Made by a program: the position numbers and the translations under genes. This document shows, one piece after another, positions 12,933-25,773 of a DNA stretch of 64,000 nt. How positions within the stretch are numbered: the stretch's first letter is position 1; each line of letters starts with the position of its first letter. Origin of the DNA: Octopus sinensis (lineage: Eukaryota); NCBI RefSeq assembly GCF_006345805.1, contig NC_043009.1, positions 22,382,001 through 22,446,000 on the forward strand. Reading direction: 5' to 3'. The notes beneath the pieces were generated by a model. That model saw only the letters and a list, made by a program, of their open reading frames with translations. It was not told the origin of the DNA and did not search any database.

Positions 12933-14389
12933 TTAATTATTTTAATTCTGGTATTTACTGTCATCCTTCATTTTGTCTAGCTGCAAAGTTATGGACACGT
13001 AAACAACAAACATATGGGTAGGATAGGGGTGTCATGCAAAGATAAGTTACAGAGAGAGGGGGAGGAGGAAGAGAGAGAGAGAGAGTGGGGGGGGAGAAAG
13101 AAGAGAGAGAGAGAGGGGGGAGAACGAGAGAGAGACTTAAACACATACACACATAAGTTTTCCATTCACTAAATTCTTAGTGGTTATATTTAATATAATT
13201 GTGGAATATTGTCTAGAGTCCAACCGTAAAAAAAAAAAATCTATTTAGCATTCATGAGCAAAAGAAATCAGAATAATCAAGGATGAACATATTGGTGGTG
13301 ATGGTTGTGGTGGGGATGCACTCCTTGGTGGACTGTAAACGAGAATAAGATAGAATGGTAACAGTTAGAATGTCTTTGAGTGAAAGTTTGCTTGATGGGG
13401 ATTGGCCTGGGCTTAAAACAATGACATCAGGATACTGCTCACTTCTGATGTTATTGCGTCTAGGATAATGATATCCTGTGATACTAAAGCAATGAGACAC
13501 AGACACATTTAGATACACATATACACACATATGTATACAAACACATATGTATATACCTATACATACACAAACACACACACACCGTTGTTTAACATCCGCT
13601 TTCCATGCTGGCATGGGTTGGATGATTTGACTGAGGACTGGCGAACCAGATGGCTGCACCAGGCTCCAATCTGATCTGGAAGAGTTTCTACAGCTGGATG
13701 CCCTTCCTAATGCCAACCACTCCGAGAGTGTAGTGGGTGCTTTTACGTGCCACTGGTACGAGAGCCAGTCAGGCGGTACTGGCACTGGCCACGCTCAAGT
13801 GGTGTATTTTATGTGTCACCCGCACAGGGACCAGTCCAGTGTCCTTTGCAACGATCTTGCTAGAACGTTTTTCACATGCCACCGACACAAGTGCCAATAT
13901 ACATGCATACACACACACAGATACATATATATACACACGCACACACATACATACAAATATATAGTTCATAGATGAGATTCAGATGTTCTTCATAAATAAT
14001 ACACTAAGTAGTCTCAGGGGATTCAAACTTGAGTGGGTATAGAAGCAAATGTAGGTATAAGTAAATTAGACTAATTAATATATAAAGTATATTAAATACA
14101 TGAAATACTCTGTGTAAGTTGGATCTGTCTAATTTGCTTATCCCTTGCATTTACATATAAATATATATATAACTATAGGAACACATGTCCACTCTACACA
14201 TGCGCATTGGCAACATTTGTTAATTTCTTGAAAATGGGGCCATAACACTGAAATATTGAATGCGAGGTAAGTCTACATTAATTCATATATTTGTTTTCTT
14301 GTGATCTGCCTTGCATTTACTTCGCATTGTTCTGGCCTTACCCAGAACTTATCCTATATATATACATATATATACATACATATATATAT

Positions 14390-14478
<89 letters not shown>

Positions 14479-17400
14479 ATGAACTTTCTTGTCAAAGACA
14501 ACAGGTGAATGTTCATTAAGAAGACAAAAATAAACGAAAAAAAAAAAGAATCCAACCAAGAATCATGTGATAACAGCAGAAACAAGAAAACAAACAAGCT
14601 AGCCCTACCAGTAAACAACACCAACACACAAATAGACAGTCAACAACACACTCACATTGCTAGTATTACTATTCACTGATGTTTACAATTCATTCACTTC
14701 ACCTGGTGACTCCTTAAGTGACCAAAAGCAATGTGGGCCCAAGTATGACTTATTAACCCTTTAGTGTTTAAACTGACCATATAAGGCCCAAATGTTTTAC
14801 TGGTTCAAATTGGCCTCTCACACCTACCCTACAATATTCCTCTAAAACTAAACAATCACTAAACAAAACTAAACAATCAAAATCTTGAAGGGACAATATA
14901 ATGCATGATTAACTCAAAACAATTTGTATAAATAAGAGTTACATTTGACAGGGCAATCTCAATGCTAGAGGGTTAAACCAGCACATGACCTGGCCGAAAA
15001 ATCACAATGTCGATAATGGTGAAACAGTTATATAGAACCAAATGAATGCATTTTAAATGTTGCCACAACTGTTTTGCTAAGAATTAAAATTTTGGTGCAA
15101 GCGCAATACAGTTCTTTGGATTATGTGATACATTATGCAATTCTCGTGCTTATCAGGCAATGTTTAAAATAAGTGATATAATGATTTCTTGAGCAATCAA
15201 CTGATTTTTTGTGAGTGTGTGTGTGTGTATATGACAATGACAAGTCCTTAACCCCCTTTGGGGTTGTCGGGGCATTGCAGCCATGCAGCATATTTAGATC
15301 AAGAAAGCCTAGCAGAGCTCATCCCTCTCCAGGCAAAACTCATTTCTACAGCTGAGTGGACTGGAGCAACATGAAATTAAGTCTTTTACTCAAGACCACA
15401 ATGGATTACCTGGTCTAGGAATCAAAATCGCAACCTTACAGTTATGAATCCAATACCCTAACCACTAAGCCATGCACCTCCTTACATACATACATACAAA
15501 CATATATATATATTTATATATACCCCAGTTGAACCGTCCAACCCATGCTAGCATGGAAAGCGGACGTTAAACGATGATGATGATGATGCATGTATACTCC
15601 TTCAACCTGTAGTATCCATCAAGATGAAGAATGAACTATCTTATTGTTGCACACATATTCACATGACAAGCTTCTTTCAATTTCTGTCTATCAGATCCAC
15701 TTGCAAGGTTTTGGTTCATCCTGGCCTGAAGAAAGTGCCACACAGTGGGACTCTATCCAAAACTTCTTCCTCACACCACCACTTCTGCACCTCTTACATG
15801 TGTGTGTGTGTGTGTATGGGAGTGTTTTGATAAAGGCCTTGCATGATAAAGATCTACAAATTGTGTTCAGCCATCTTCTGTAAACACTTAATATCTAAAA
15901 TCCATTCGACATGGTTTGTAAAATGAACAGGTCATTGACTTCATAGGTTTTGAGCATTTAGGTGTTACGCATACCACAAATGTTACACATGCTTTGAAGA
16001 TGTGTGTGTGAGTGTGTGTGTGTATGTGCTTGTGTTTATTTGGATATATACACACACATACATATAAGTGTGTGTTAATACATATTATCATACTGCCTTA
16101 CAGTAGGTGAGTATTCTGTGCTTAGAACCAACCCATACTGAAAGTATGTACATATATATGCATGTGTGAGTCTATAGTAATCATTACTACAAGTTATTCG
16201 TATTTGAAATTTTGTGTTTCTACCTTCATAAGTGAAGTGGATTAAGAAGAAGAAGATGTAGGTTAACTGCTGATTCTCTAAATGTAATTTACTAGGCTGC
16301 ATTGCTCACCCCTTTCATTATATCTCTCTTTATTTATGATGCCTACAAGTGTCAGCGGTCATGGACCTTTATAATAAAACCTGAAGAAGATTCATGAATT
16401 GTCATGGGAATGATACAGTAATAGTTTCTTGCAGTGATCTGCCAATTTATTTATAATTTAGTTTGTTAGTCTTCTGCTCTCTCAAGTTTACCTTTGAGGC
16501 AATGGTTCAATTCAAACCTTAGTCAGGAGGACACATTTGCATAACATCGGGCCATGACCACACATAGGTATTACTGTGTAACACATGTCTAGGGGCTAGC
16601 CCTTCCCCTGTATGCTTTATCCACAGGATCACTTTAACCCATAACTCAAACCCTTGACAGGCACGACTGGCCAGAGTCATCCAGGGTGTTGTGGTCACTA
16701 AGGGATAGTTCCATACTCCTCAAAATACATGAACTCCCCAGTTGAGGCCCTCATTGTTGTACATAATGTTTTTAGCCAAAGACAACTTGCATTAAGATAT
16801 TTCTAATAAAATACACCACTTGCTGCATTTGATAGCATCATCATCATCGTTTAACGTCCACTTTCCATGCTAGCATGGGTTGGATGATTTGACTGAGGGC
16901 TGGCGAACAAGTAGTGGACACACACACACATAAGACTTTCACACAGTTACAGTCCACCAAATTTATTCACAAAGCATTGAGACATTGGTTGGCCTGGGGC
17001 TATAACAGAAGATACTTGCTAAAAGTGTTGCACATCATCATCATCATTTAGTGTCCATTTTCCATGTGGGCATGGGTTGGATGGTTTCTGCACTGGGTTC
17101 TAATCTGGCAAGATTTCTACAACAGGATGCCCTTCCTAATGCCAACCACCCCAAATGTGTTGAGGGTGCTTTTTATGTACCAGTTACGAAACACTGGCAT
17201 CAGCCATGACTGTGATGTCAGCTTGGCAGGTCTTCTCAAGTATGACATATTGCCAAAGGTCTCGGTCACTTGTCAATGATTCTGTGAGGCCCAATGTCCA
17301 AACAGTGCTATTTATGTGCCACCAGCATGGGTGCCAGTTACACAGAACCAGCATCGGTCACGACTATGATCTCACTTGGCTTGACAGATCTTCTCAAGCA

Positions 17401-18882
17401 TGGTACATTGTCAAAAGTCTTTGTCACTTGTCACCGCCTCTGTGAGACCCAAAGTTTGAAGGGAACTTTTTAAGTGTCAGTTATGCGACAGTGGCATCAG
17501 CAACGACCACGATTTCACTTGGCTTGAGAGGTTTTCTCAAGCACAACCTATTGCCTGTGCAACTGAATCTAAAACCACATGGTTTCTCTTTTACTTGTTT
17601 CAGTCATTTGACTGTGGCCATACTGGAGCACCACCTTTAGTCAAGCAAATTGACCCCAGGACTTATTCTTTGTAAGCCTCGAACTTATTCTATCAGTCTC
17701 TTTTGCCAAACCGCTAAGTTATGGGGACACAAACACACCAGCATTGGTTGTCAAGCGATTTTGGGGTGGGACAAACACAGACACACAAACATATATATAT
17801 ATACATATATATGACGGGCTTCTTTCAGTTTCCGTCTGCCAAATTCACTCACAAGGCTTTGGTCAGCCTGAGGCTATAGTAGAAGACCCTTGCCCAAAGT
17901 GCTATACAGTGGGACTGAACCCGGAACCATGTGGTTGGTAAGCAAGCTACTTACCACACAGCCACTCCTGTGCCTGGTTGCAAAAAAAAAAACTTTATGC
18001 TTTGATTATGCCTTAGTTATGCTTACTGCTGATGTTGCTGTTGATAATGATGATGATGATGATGCAGTGATGGTAGTGTCATCAAACACTATCATCACCA
18101 CCATCATCATCAACATTTAACGTCTGCCTTCCATGCTGGTATGGGTGGAACTATATATAACAGTAATAAGTATTTGATGTACCAAACCTCAATCACAGCT
18201 TGTACATAACCAGTTAAACTAGCTACAGTTAGGTTGTTAATACCCTTTCGAGGAAAGATATAAAGAACACTATATCTCATTTCATTTGCCTTGAAAATGA
18301 TAAGCTTTTTACATTTATTATTTACAACTGACAGATTAACAGCATGAAGATTAGGCTCTTAATGGATTATATTTCCATGGTAAGATTAACACAGTTTAGT
18401 TATGCCAAAAGGTGTTGAATCAGCAAATTCTTTTTTATGTATAATTACAGTGCATTGCTATATATTTGATCTAAAGGTAATGAGTTCAAATACAAGTAAA
18501 ACCCTGTGATTAAGAGCAAGAAAGTGGTGCTTCTGGCTTTGGTTTTATGGAACTGAAAGAGGGCATTAAATTCTTTAGAAAGTGTTGAAACATTAACTGA
18601 ATAATTATGTTTTTAAGTGTATCAGGCACAAACATGGTTGTGTGATTAAAAATCTTGCTTCATAACCACATGGTTTCTGGTTCATACCAACTGCATGGCA
18701 CCTTGGGTAAATGTCTACTAAAGTGATGAAAATGATTTTTTCAAATGATGTAATGTCTCCCTTAATCAATTAGAAATTTGTTGGAAACAGCTGTAGTGAA
18801 TTGACACATTATCCATCTGTTGTTATTTATTCATATATTATTCACCTCTCTCAGAATCTGCTCCTTGCATAAATTCAAAGTA

Positions 18883-19256
18883 TTGGGTTGTCTGGAAAGT
18901 TTGTGCTGATTTATAGTAGCTCACCTTTCGACTTATTTTAGAAGATGGTTGAGTCCATAAAATAGGATTTGACTACACCTCCATTTAGAGCACAGTTCAA
19001 GCTATCTTTTCGTGGAAGAATAGTCTAAATGGTAAAAATTTCAATTCCTTGGATGATATAAAAAGATACCTTGATGAATTCTTTGCCATGAAACCACCTC
19101 AATTCTGGGAAGAGGGTATTTTCAAGTTAAAGGAAAGATGGAGACACATTGTGCAACAAAAGGGTTTGTATTTGGTTGATTAAAAATGTAATGGCAAGTA
19201 TTTATTGACCTTTTTCTTTCCATTCAAAATCGGCATGAACTTTCCGGATAGCCCAA
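18883..19256 (+). mobile_element. Internally deleted mariner element (374 bp) retaining the transposase C-terminus (19016-19183)
   Basis: 30-bp TIRs (ttgggttgtctggaaagtttgtgctgattt versus its right-end counterpart, 6 transitions) and TA on both sides. The remnant reads KNSLNGKNFNSLDDIKRYLDEFFAMKPPQFWEEGIFKLKERWRHIVQQKGLYLVD*, a typical mariner C-terminus. Confidence 0.9.
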
Positions 19257-19356
19257 TATATTATGGACTGTACATTTATTACAATATATGTTTCTTGATT
19301 AACCTCAAGGGCTTTGGTATACTCAGTCAAGTACAGTTGATTGTCTACACAACCAC

Positions 19357-19822
19357 ATCATCATTTAACGTCCGCTTTCCATGCTAGCATGGGTTGGACG
19401 GTTCAACTGGGGTCTGAGGAGCCCGAAGGCTGCACCAGGCCAGTCAGATCTGGCAGTGTTTCTACAGCTGGATGCCCTTCCTAACGCCAACCACTCCGAG
19501 AGTGTAGTGGGTGATTTTATGTGCCACCGACACGTGCCAGACGAGGCTGGCGAACGGCCACGCTCGGATGGTGTTTTTTTTTTTTATGTGCCACCGACAC
19601 AGTGCCAGACGAGGCTGGCAGACGGCCACGGTCGGATGGTGTTTTTATGTGCCACCGACACAGGTGCCAGTTGAGGCTGGCGAACGGCCACGATCGGATG
19701 GTGTTTGTTACGTGCCCACAGCACGGAGGCCAGTCGATGCGGTACTGGCTACGGCCACGTTCGGATGGTTTTCTTGTATGCCACCGGCACTGGTACCACA
19801 AAGATACAAATTCCATTGATGT
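19357..19822 (-). mobile_element. RTE-tail element (3' UTR with about 4.5 repeats of 61-67 bp); relatives at 13585-13895(-), 17035-17560(-), 30690-30931(+), 35250-35720(-), 36010-36363(+), 58285-58563(+) and short tails at 11190-11330, 15526-15587 and 16828-16905
   Basis: Shared terminal motif ccaacccatgctagcatggaaagcggacgttaaacgatgatgatg, identical in type to the tails of the ORF-bearing RTE copies. Confidence 0.8.
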
Positions 19823-19952
19823 TCATCTATTTTGATTTGTTTTGATTTTGATTTTGATTTTGATATATATTCATATAGTTTTGTTGGGCACACATTTTAC
19901 TTTTTGACTTGACCTAGTGCCTTTCAGTACCTGATTCACTTGAATCCTGATC

Positions 19953-19992
<40 letters not shown>

Positions 19993-20063
19993 TAGCAGAA
20001 TTGCCGGTGTTGCTCGGGGCTGAATTACTTGAAAGTACTGTCAATGATTGCACTGAATGATGA

Positions 20064-20592
20064 TTATTCAGGCAAATATTGATATAAGTTTACCCTGGGA
20101 GATAAGGACTCAACGATCAAACGTGTGCCATTGCATTGTTTTGGGGGAACCAAATTTCTGATGAGCATTATAGGGGCACCAACTTTAAGTTTGAGAATGT
20201 GTGGTGGTAGTCCGGGGTGTTCAAAGGAATTGAGTACCTCTATTGGATAGTTGATGACGTCCTCTGGGTCAGGAGTTGTATCGATAGACTGATATACATA
20301 GACTTCCCAAGGAATGAGTTTTAGCATTTCATCATTAATATGGTGAACAGTTTTATTCCTCGGGGCCAGTATAGCCTTTTTGCCAATCCAATCCATATTC
20401 TGATAATTAGCTTGTAGATCTGGGAACACTGCATCTCTGAGATCAGAAGGCGTCTTAACAATGGTACAAATGGAATCGATGGCAATATTACCATTTTCAT
20501 CCCCTGGTATTTTGCCTTCGCCAAGTGCAAGGAGGGTGTGAGGAAATGCTGCTGATGTGATATTACGTCGGATATGAGCACGCATATTGGTG
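20064..20592 (-). pseudogene. Pif1-family (Helitron RepHel) helicase fragment carried by Helitron copy 1
   Basis: L.TNMRAH...LLALGEG...AILAPRN..V..IN...YPIEVLN...GLPPH.LKLKVGAPIMLIRNL.PP..CNGTRLIV. These are the central and 2B-region motifs of Pif1/Helitron helicases; the Walker A/B and Rep domains are absent. Confidence 0.9.
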
Positions 20593-20832
20593 TGAAGTTT
20601 GAGAGTTACTTCCCTTAATTTTAAAAAATGCATTAAAATGGGAAAAAATGATGGTAAATTATTTGTAAAATCGTAGACTCATCGTAGACGCGCGCTAATA
20701 CCCAGAAGGGCTCGATATGAATCACGACTATAAGATACTCGGTTTTGGTTAAACTGCATCGCAAAATGTGGGAGTAGTTAGGAATCTAAATCGGAGTAGA
20801 CAGACACACAACCTTTCTTTTATATATAAAGA

Positions 20833-21325
20833 TTTTCGTCCTAAAAAACTTTGTATGGAGTGAATGGTTACCTCTATGGAAATATATACACACACATTAT
20901 ACATACATGTGTGTATAGATGAATATATAAATACATTTAAATATCTATATACACTTTTGGGCGATCTTTCTGTTTCTCAGAGATAACTTTAGATCTTATA
21001 TTTGTCCTAAATAACTTTGTATGGAGTGAATGGTTACCTCTATGGAAATATATACACACACATTATACATACATGTGTGTGTCAATATACACTTTTGGGC
21101 GACTGCTACTTAGAGATAACTTTAGATGTTATTTTCGTCCTAAAAAACTTTGTGCGGAGTGAATGGTTACCTCTATGGAAATATATACACACACGTTATA
21201 CATACATGTGTGTATAGATGAATATATAAATACATTTAAATATCTATATACACTTTTGGGCGATCTTTCTGCTTCTTAGAGATAACTTTAGATGTTATAT
21301 TCGTCCTAAATAACTTTGTATGAAT
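20833..21325. repeat. About 3 units of a 166-167-bp tandem repeat inside Helitron copy 1 (second unit internally deleted)
   Basis: ttttcgtcctaaaaaactttgtatggagtgaatggttacctctatgg... recurs near 20834, 21001, 21133 and 21300. Confidence 0.85.
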
Positions 21326-24300
21326 TGAAAAAGTAAATGAATTGAAATTCTAAAAGAAAGGAATTTGTTTACATACATGTGTAAAATGGCAAATGTTTGT
21401 GCAGTTGTCCGATGGAACTGATGTATTATAATGAATAGTCCTTCTTCTTGTGAATATTAATTTGATTAATATGAACTGAAAACCAGTGGTGTAGCATAGG
21501 TGATCTTCTAGCAAAAAGGATGACCAGTCTGAATGGGTCGTCCCTGTCACACACACACACGCACGCACCTTCACACACACGCACACACACACACACACAG
21601 ACACACACACACGCACACACACACACACGTTAGCTTACAATGTCTGTCAACAATTGACACTGTCGTATATATTAGCGTGTCTATGTGTCTAAAGAGGAAG
21701 TGGGAGTAATAGGCAGAGTAAAGGCTTCAAAGTGAAATGTTAAAATATTGAGTTTTCTCGAATTTTGTCTTAATTGGGGGTGAAATTGAAAGAAATTTTG
21801 TATGGCATGAACCAATGGAAGTTCTTTGAAAAATCATAGGTAAAGTCTAATTGAAGAAATTGTGTGAGGAGTAAATCATTATGTATTTATTTGTTTCTGT
21901 TTGCTGCTTTCTTTTTTTTTGAGTAGTGTTGTAAGGTAGACTTGCAAAGAGAAAGGAGAAATTAGGGTGATAGCGTCAGTGAAACGGTTGGCTCCGTTTG
22001 TGTGTGTTTGCGTGTGGTGTAAACCACATTAAGAAAAGCATTTGACATACACACCAGAATGTGAGTTTTCTCTAAATTTTGTTTAATTGGGGTTGAAATT
22101 TTAAAAAACGGACCTGGCAAAACCCGATGCATTCTACTCTTAAAAATGCTAGGTAAATTGTAATTGAAGAAATCCTATATTGTAGATTTCTATAACTGAC
22201 AAAGGGAGGCAGATAAAATCTGACTTTTATAATAAGAGATACATATATATGTATATATCCCATGTGTATGGCAAACCCCACTTTTTTCCATGGAGGTTTT
22301 ATATGCCCCAATATTAGACCACTTACCTTAGTCAATGCATGGTGATTGCTTATCAGCTTTAAGCTTATAAAATAACATGACCATGGGATTGCCCCTAAGA
22401 AGTTCCCCTCTGAAGCACAAGTCTGGACAAAGTCGTTTTGTGGAAGACCAGTAGTTGCTCATGCATACCATCCTCTCCTCTCCACACCACCAATGTTGTC
22501 CAAGGAGAAGGCAAGGGCTGATACAGCTTGGCACTAGTGCTGTTGCAACTTGTTTCTAAAGTTGAGTGAACTGGAGCAATGTTAGATTGTCTTGCTCAAG
22601 AACGCGGGAATTGAACTCACAACCTCACAATAGTAAGCCCAATGTTCTAACCACTGAGCTATGTGCACACACACACACACACATCAAATCCACTCACAAG
22701 GGTTTGGTCAACTTAGGGCTATCACAGAAGAGGTTTGCCTAAGGTGTCATGCAGTGGGACTGAACCTGGAACCATGTGGTTGGGAAGCAAATGTCTTGTG
22801 CATGTCTATGCACATGTGCTAGTATCTCCATGTCATGACATTGTGTGATAGTTGTAAATGACTATTGCCATCTTTCAAGTGATGTGTCCTATTTCCAATC
22901 TCCTATGGAAACATGTCCAGTCATGGGTAAAGATTGGCAACAGGAAAGGCATCCAACCAAAGAGAATTCATAGATATCAAAGACTATTCACATGACCGGA
23001 CAGTGTCCAATGGACATGCACTAAATGCCATTTAACAGACAAAATTGGTTGGCAAATCAGCAGAACACTCGTCTTTCATTGACTGAATTTACCTTACAAT
23101 AGTTACCTAACTGGTTGTTTGCTGTTGGGTATTACTGTAGTACACAACAGTATGGTCCTCACTTTCACTGTCCTACAATTATTCATGCATGCCATGCATC
23201 ATGGTGATTGTATGCACTCATCACTGCTGACCACCGACCACCTAACACTAGCCACTGATGCCCAACTATGATTGCAGCCAACCGAACTGTTGATATCAGA
23301 AAAACTACGAACAGCTTCTCTATTAGCATAATGGAAGACACAAGGAAAGTTTCAAAGTATATATTTCTTTTTCTTTAACAAAAAAAAAAAAAAATTCAAA
23401 ATAGGAGTGGCTGTGTGGCATAGGCATAGGAGTGGCAGTGTGGTAAGTAGCTTGCTTATGAACCACATGGTTCCAGGTTCAGTCCCACTGTGACACCTTG
23501 GGCAAGTGTCTTCTTCTATGGCCTCAGGCCGACCAAAGCCTTGTGAGTGGATTTGGTAGATGGAAACTGAAAGAAGCCCATCGTATATATATATATATAT
23601 GTATGTGTGTATATGTCTGTCCCCACCAACATCGCTTGACAACCGATGCTGGTGTGTTTGCGTCCCTGTAACTTAGCGGTTCGGCAAAGAGACCGATAGA
23701 ATAAGTACTAGGCTTACAAAGAATAAGCCCTGGGGTTGATTTGCTCGACTAAAGGTGGTGCTCCAGCATGGCCACAGTCAAATGACTGAAACAAGTAAAA
23801 GAGTAAAAGCTGTGCCACAAAATAGGGTACTTGAAAAGACAAAGTAACAGACAAAATTAATAGCCCTTCATTTCATTTTGGCACTTACACTAATGGCGAA
23901 GTGGGTGGGAGTGAATATATGGTGATGCATTGGTGGTAATGGTTGCAGTAATAATAATGGTGATGGTGGTGGTGGAAGTAGTAATGATGATGGTGGCAGT
24001 GGTGGTGAGGTTTAAGAAGCAAATCTGAATGTATCTGTGCATTGAATTTGCTGATGGGCAGAGAGCCAAGCAACTGGTAGTGCGTGTGTTTAAGTATGTG
24101 CATGTGTATGTGTGTATGTGTGAACATGCATGAGTGAGTACATGAGCGTATATGTGTAGAAGCAGAGTGGTGGTAGTAGCAGCAGGGGTGGGAAGCTGTT
24201 TGAGAGAGCAGAATAAACTCTACTTACAAAAAGAAAAAAAAAAGGTCAGTTAATTATTGCGACAGTTGACCCGAACTGGCATTCACAGGAAAGTGGTGAG

Positions 24301-24389
24301 GTGAAAGGAGGGCCTTGATTGACTCGTTAATCTGTGCACCTCTAATTCTATCCACCCTCTGTGTCTTGGCCTTAACCTACATAATCTGA

Positions 24390-24760
24390 AATAGAATCAC
24401 TGCTGTAGGTGATCATGATGGTGATGGCAGGGGTAATGGTGGTAGTAGGTGGTGTGGATCGTAGTAAGTGGTGGTGGTAGTGCTGGTTCTGATGACAGAG
24501 GTGGTGGTGTTGATAGTGGTAGTGGTGGTGGTAGAAGTGGTGATGGTGGTAGTAGCGGTGGTAGTGATGGTGAGGGTGGAAACGGCGATGATAGGGATGA
24601 TGGTAGAGGTGGTGATGGTGGTAGTGGCGGTGGTAGTGATGGTGGTAGTGGAGGTGGTGATGTGGGTGGTAGTAATGGTGGTGGTGATAGTGGTAGTGAT
24701 GATGAGGGTGGTAATGGCGACGATAAGGATGATGGTAGTGGTGGTGGTTGCCGATAGTGG
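24390..24760. repeat. Degenerate (GGT/GAT)n trinucleotide low-complexity tract; complementary-type tract at 28115-28330
   Basis: Direct reading; produces poly-H, poly-P, poly-V and poly-G ORFs in different frames. Confidence 0.9.
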
Positions 24761-25381
24761 CCGTGGTATGTGTATATGGGGTGGGAGGAGAGAAAGAGGG
24801 GAAGTTGCAAGAGGTGGTCAAGTGGTAAGATGGTGACAGTGATTGACCTATTAGTGGCCACCGAGTGGTTGCTTACTTTTCTTATAAACAGTTCTTACAC
24901 TAATGAAAGAGAGAATGACCAACAGACAGCAAATTTAGCGGTCAGTGAGTTACTTAATTAGTCAGACACCATAGTCCTTTTATCTTTCAGTTTTTAATTA
25001 TTTCTTATTGTTTTACATCCGTTTGACCGTCAAACACGTTAGTTGATTCTTCATAAATTTACATTTATTTTTTTTGTTTTTATATAAATGAAGTGGAATT
25101 ATTTTTTGATAGGAATTTTTTTGAATAGCATGGCTGTGTGGTTAAGAAGCTCACCTTGCAACCATGAGGGTTCAGTTCAATCCTTTTGTGATACCTTGCG
25201 TAAATGATATCTACTATGGTCCCGAGCTGATAAATAAATGCCTTGAGAGTTAATTTGGCAGGCAAGAACTATGTAGAAGCCTGCATGTGTGTGTTTGCAT
25301 GCATATACAAATGTATATGTGTTATATAAATATATAACAGTCACAGAAGTCTGGTGCAGGCGTTGGCCTGGCCGGCTCTTG

Positions 25382-25421
<40 letters not shown>

Positions 25422-25773
25422 TATCTTTAATATTTTACTTGTTTCAGTCATCAGACTGTGGCCATGCTGGGGCACCACCTTGAATTTTAGGTTGAATGAA
25501 ACCTGGTATTTAATTGATCTCTTTTGCTGAGCTGCTAAGTTACAGGGGCAAAAAACACACCAGTGGTTGTGGGGGATAAATGCAGACACAAAGACACACA
25601 CAAGCACATATATGATGGGCTTCTTCCAGTTTCCCTCATGAGGCTTTGGTTGGTCTAAGGCTATAGTAGAAGACATTTACCCAAGGTGCAACGTAGTGGG
25701 ACTGAACCTAGAATCTTGTGGTTGGAAAGCAAGCTTCTTGCCACACAGCAATGCCTGCGTCTATCTATCTCAC

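Larger units (their letters stand above)
19992..22239 (-). mobile_element. Composite non-autonomous Helitron, copy 1 (outer 5' TC at 22239, inner 5' TC at 20832, 3' hairpin + CTAG at 19992)
   Basis: On the minus strand it begins TCTCTTATTATAAAAG, has an inner TCTTTATATATAAAAG, and ends cccgagcaacaccggcaattctgCTAG|T. It sits at an A|T site in a TA tract, and its similarity to 61693-63992 stops at these ends. Confidence 0.85.

Noticed and set aside
13252-13500. ORF segment YPDVIVLSPG resembling glutamine amidotransferase
   Set aside because: The match is too short and flanking residues show no similarity; the ORF starts inside an RTE tail and a microsatellite.
20064-20633. Host PIF1 gene
   Set aside because: Only a central helicase fragment is present. 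It is intronless, bounded by Helitron termini and duplicated at 61769.
24372-24861. Poly-His, poly-Pro, poly-Gly and poly-Val ORFs (also 28050-28505)
   Set aside because: Trinucleotide low-complexity DNA open in several frames, with no splice or homology support.
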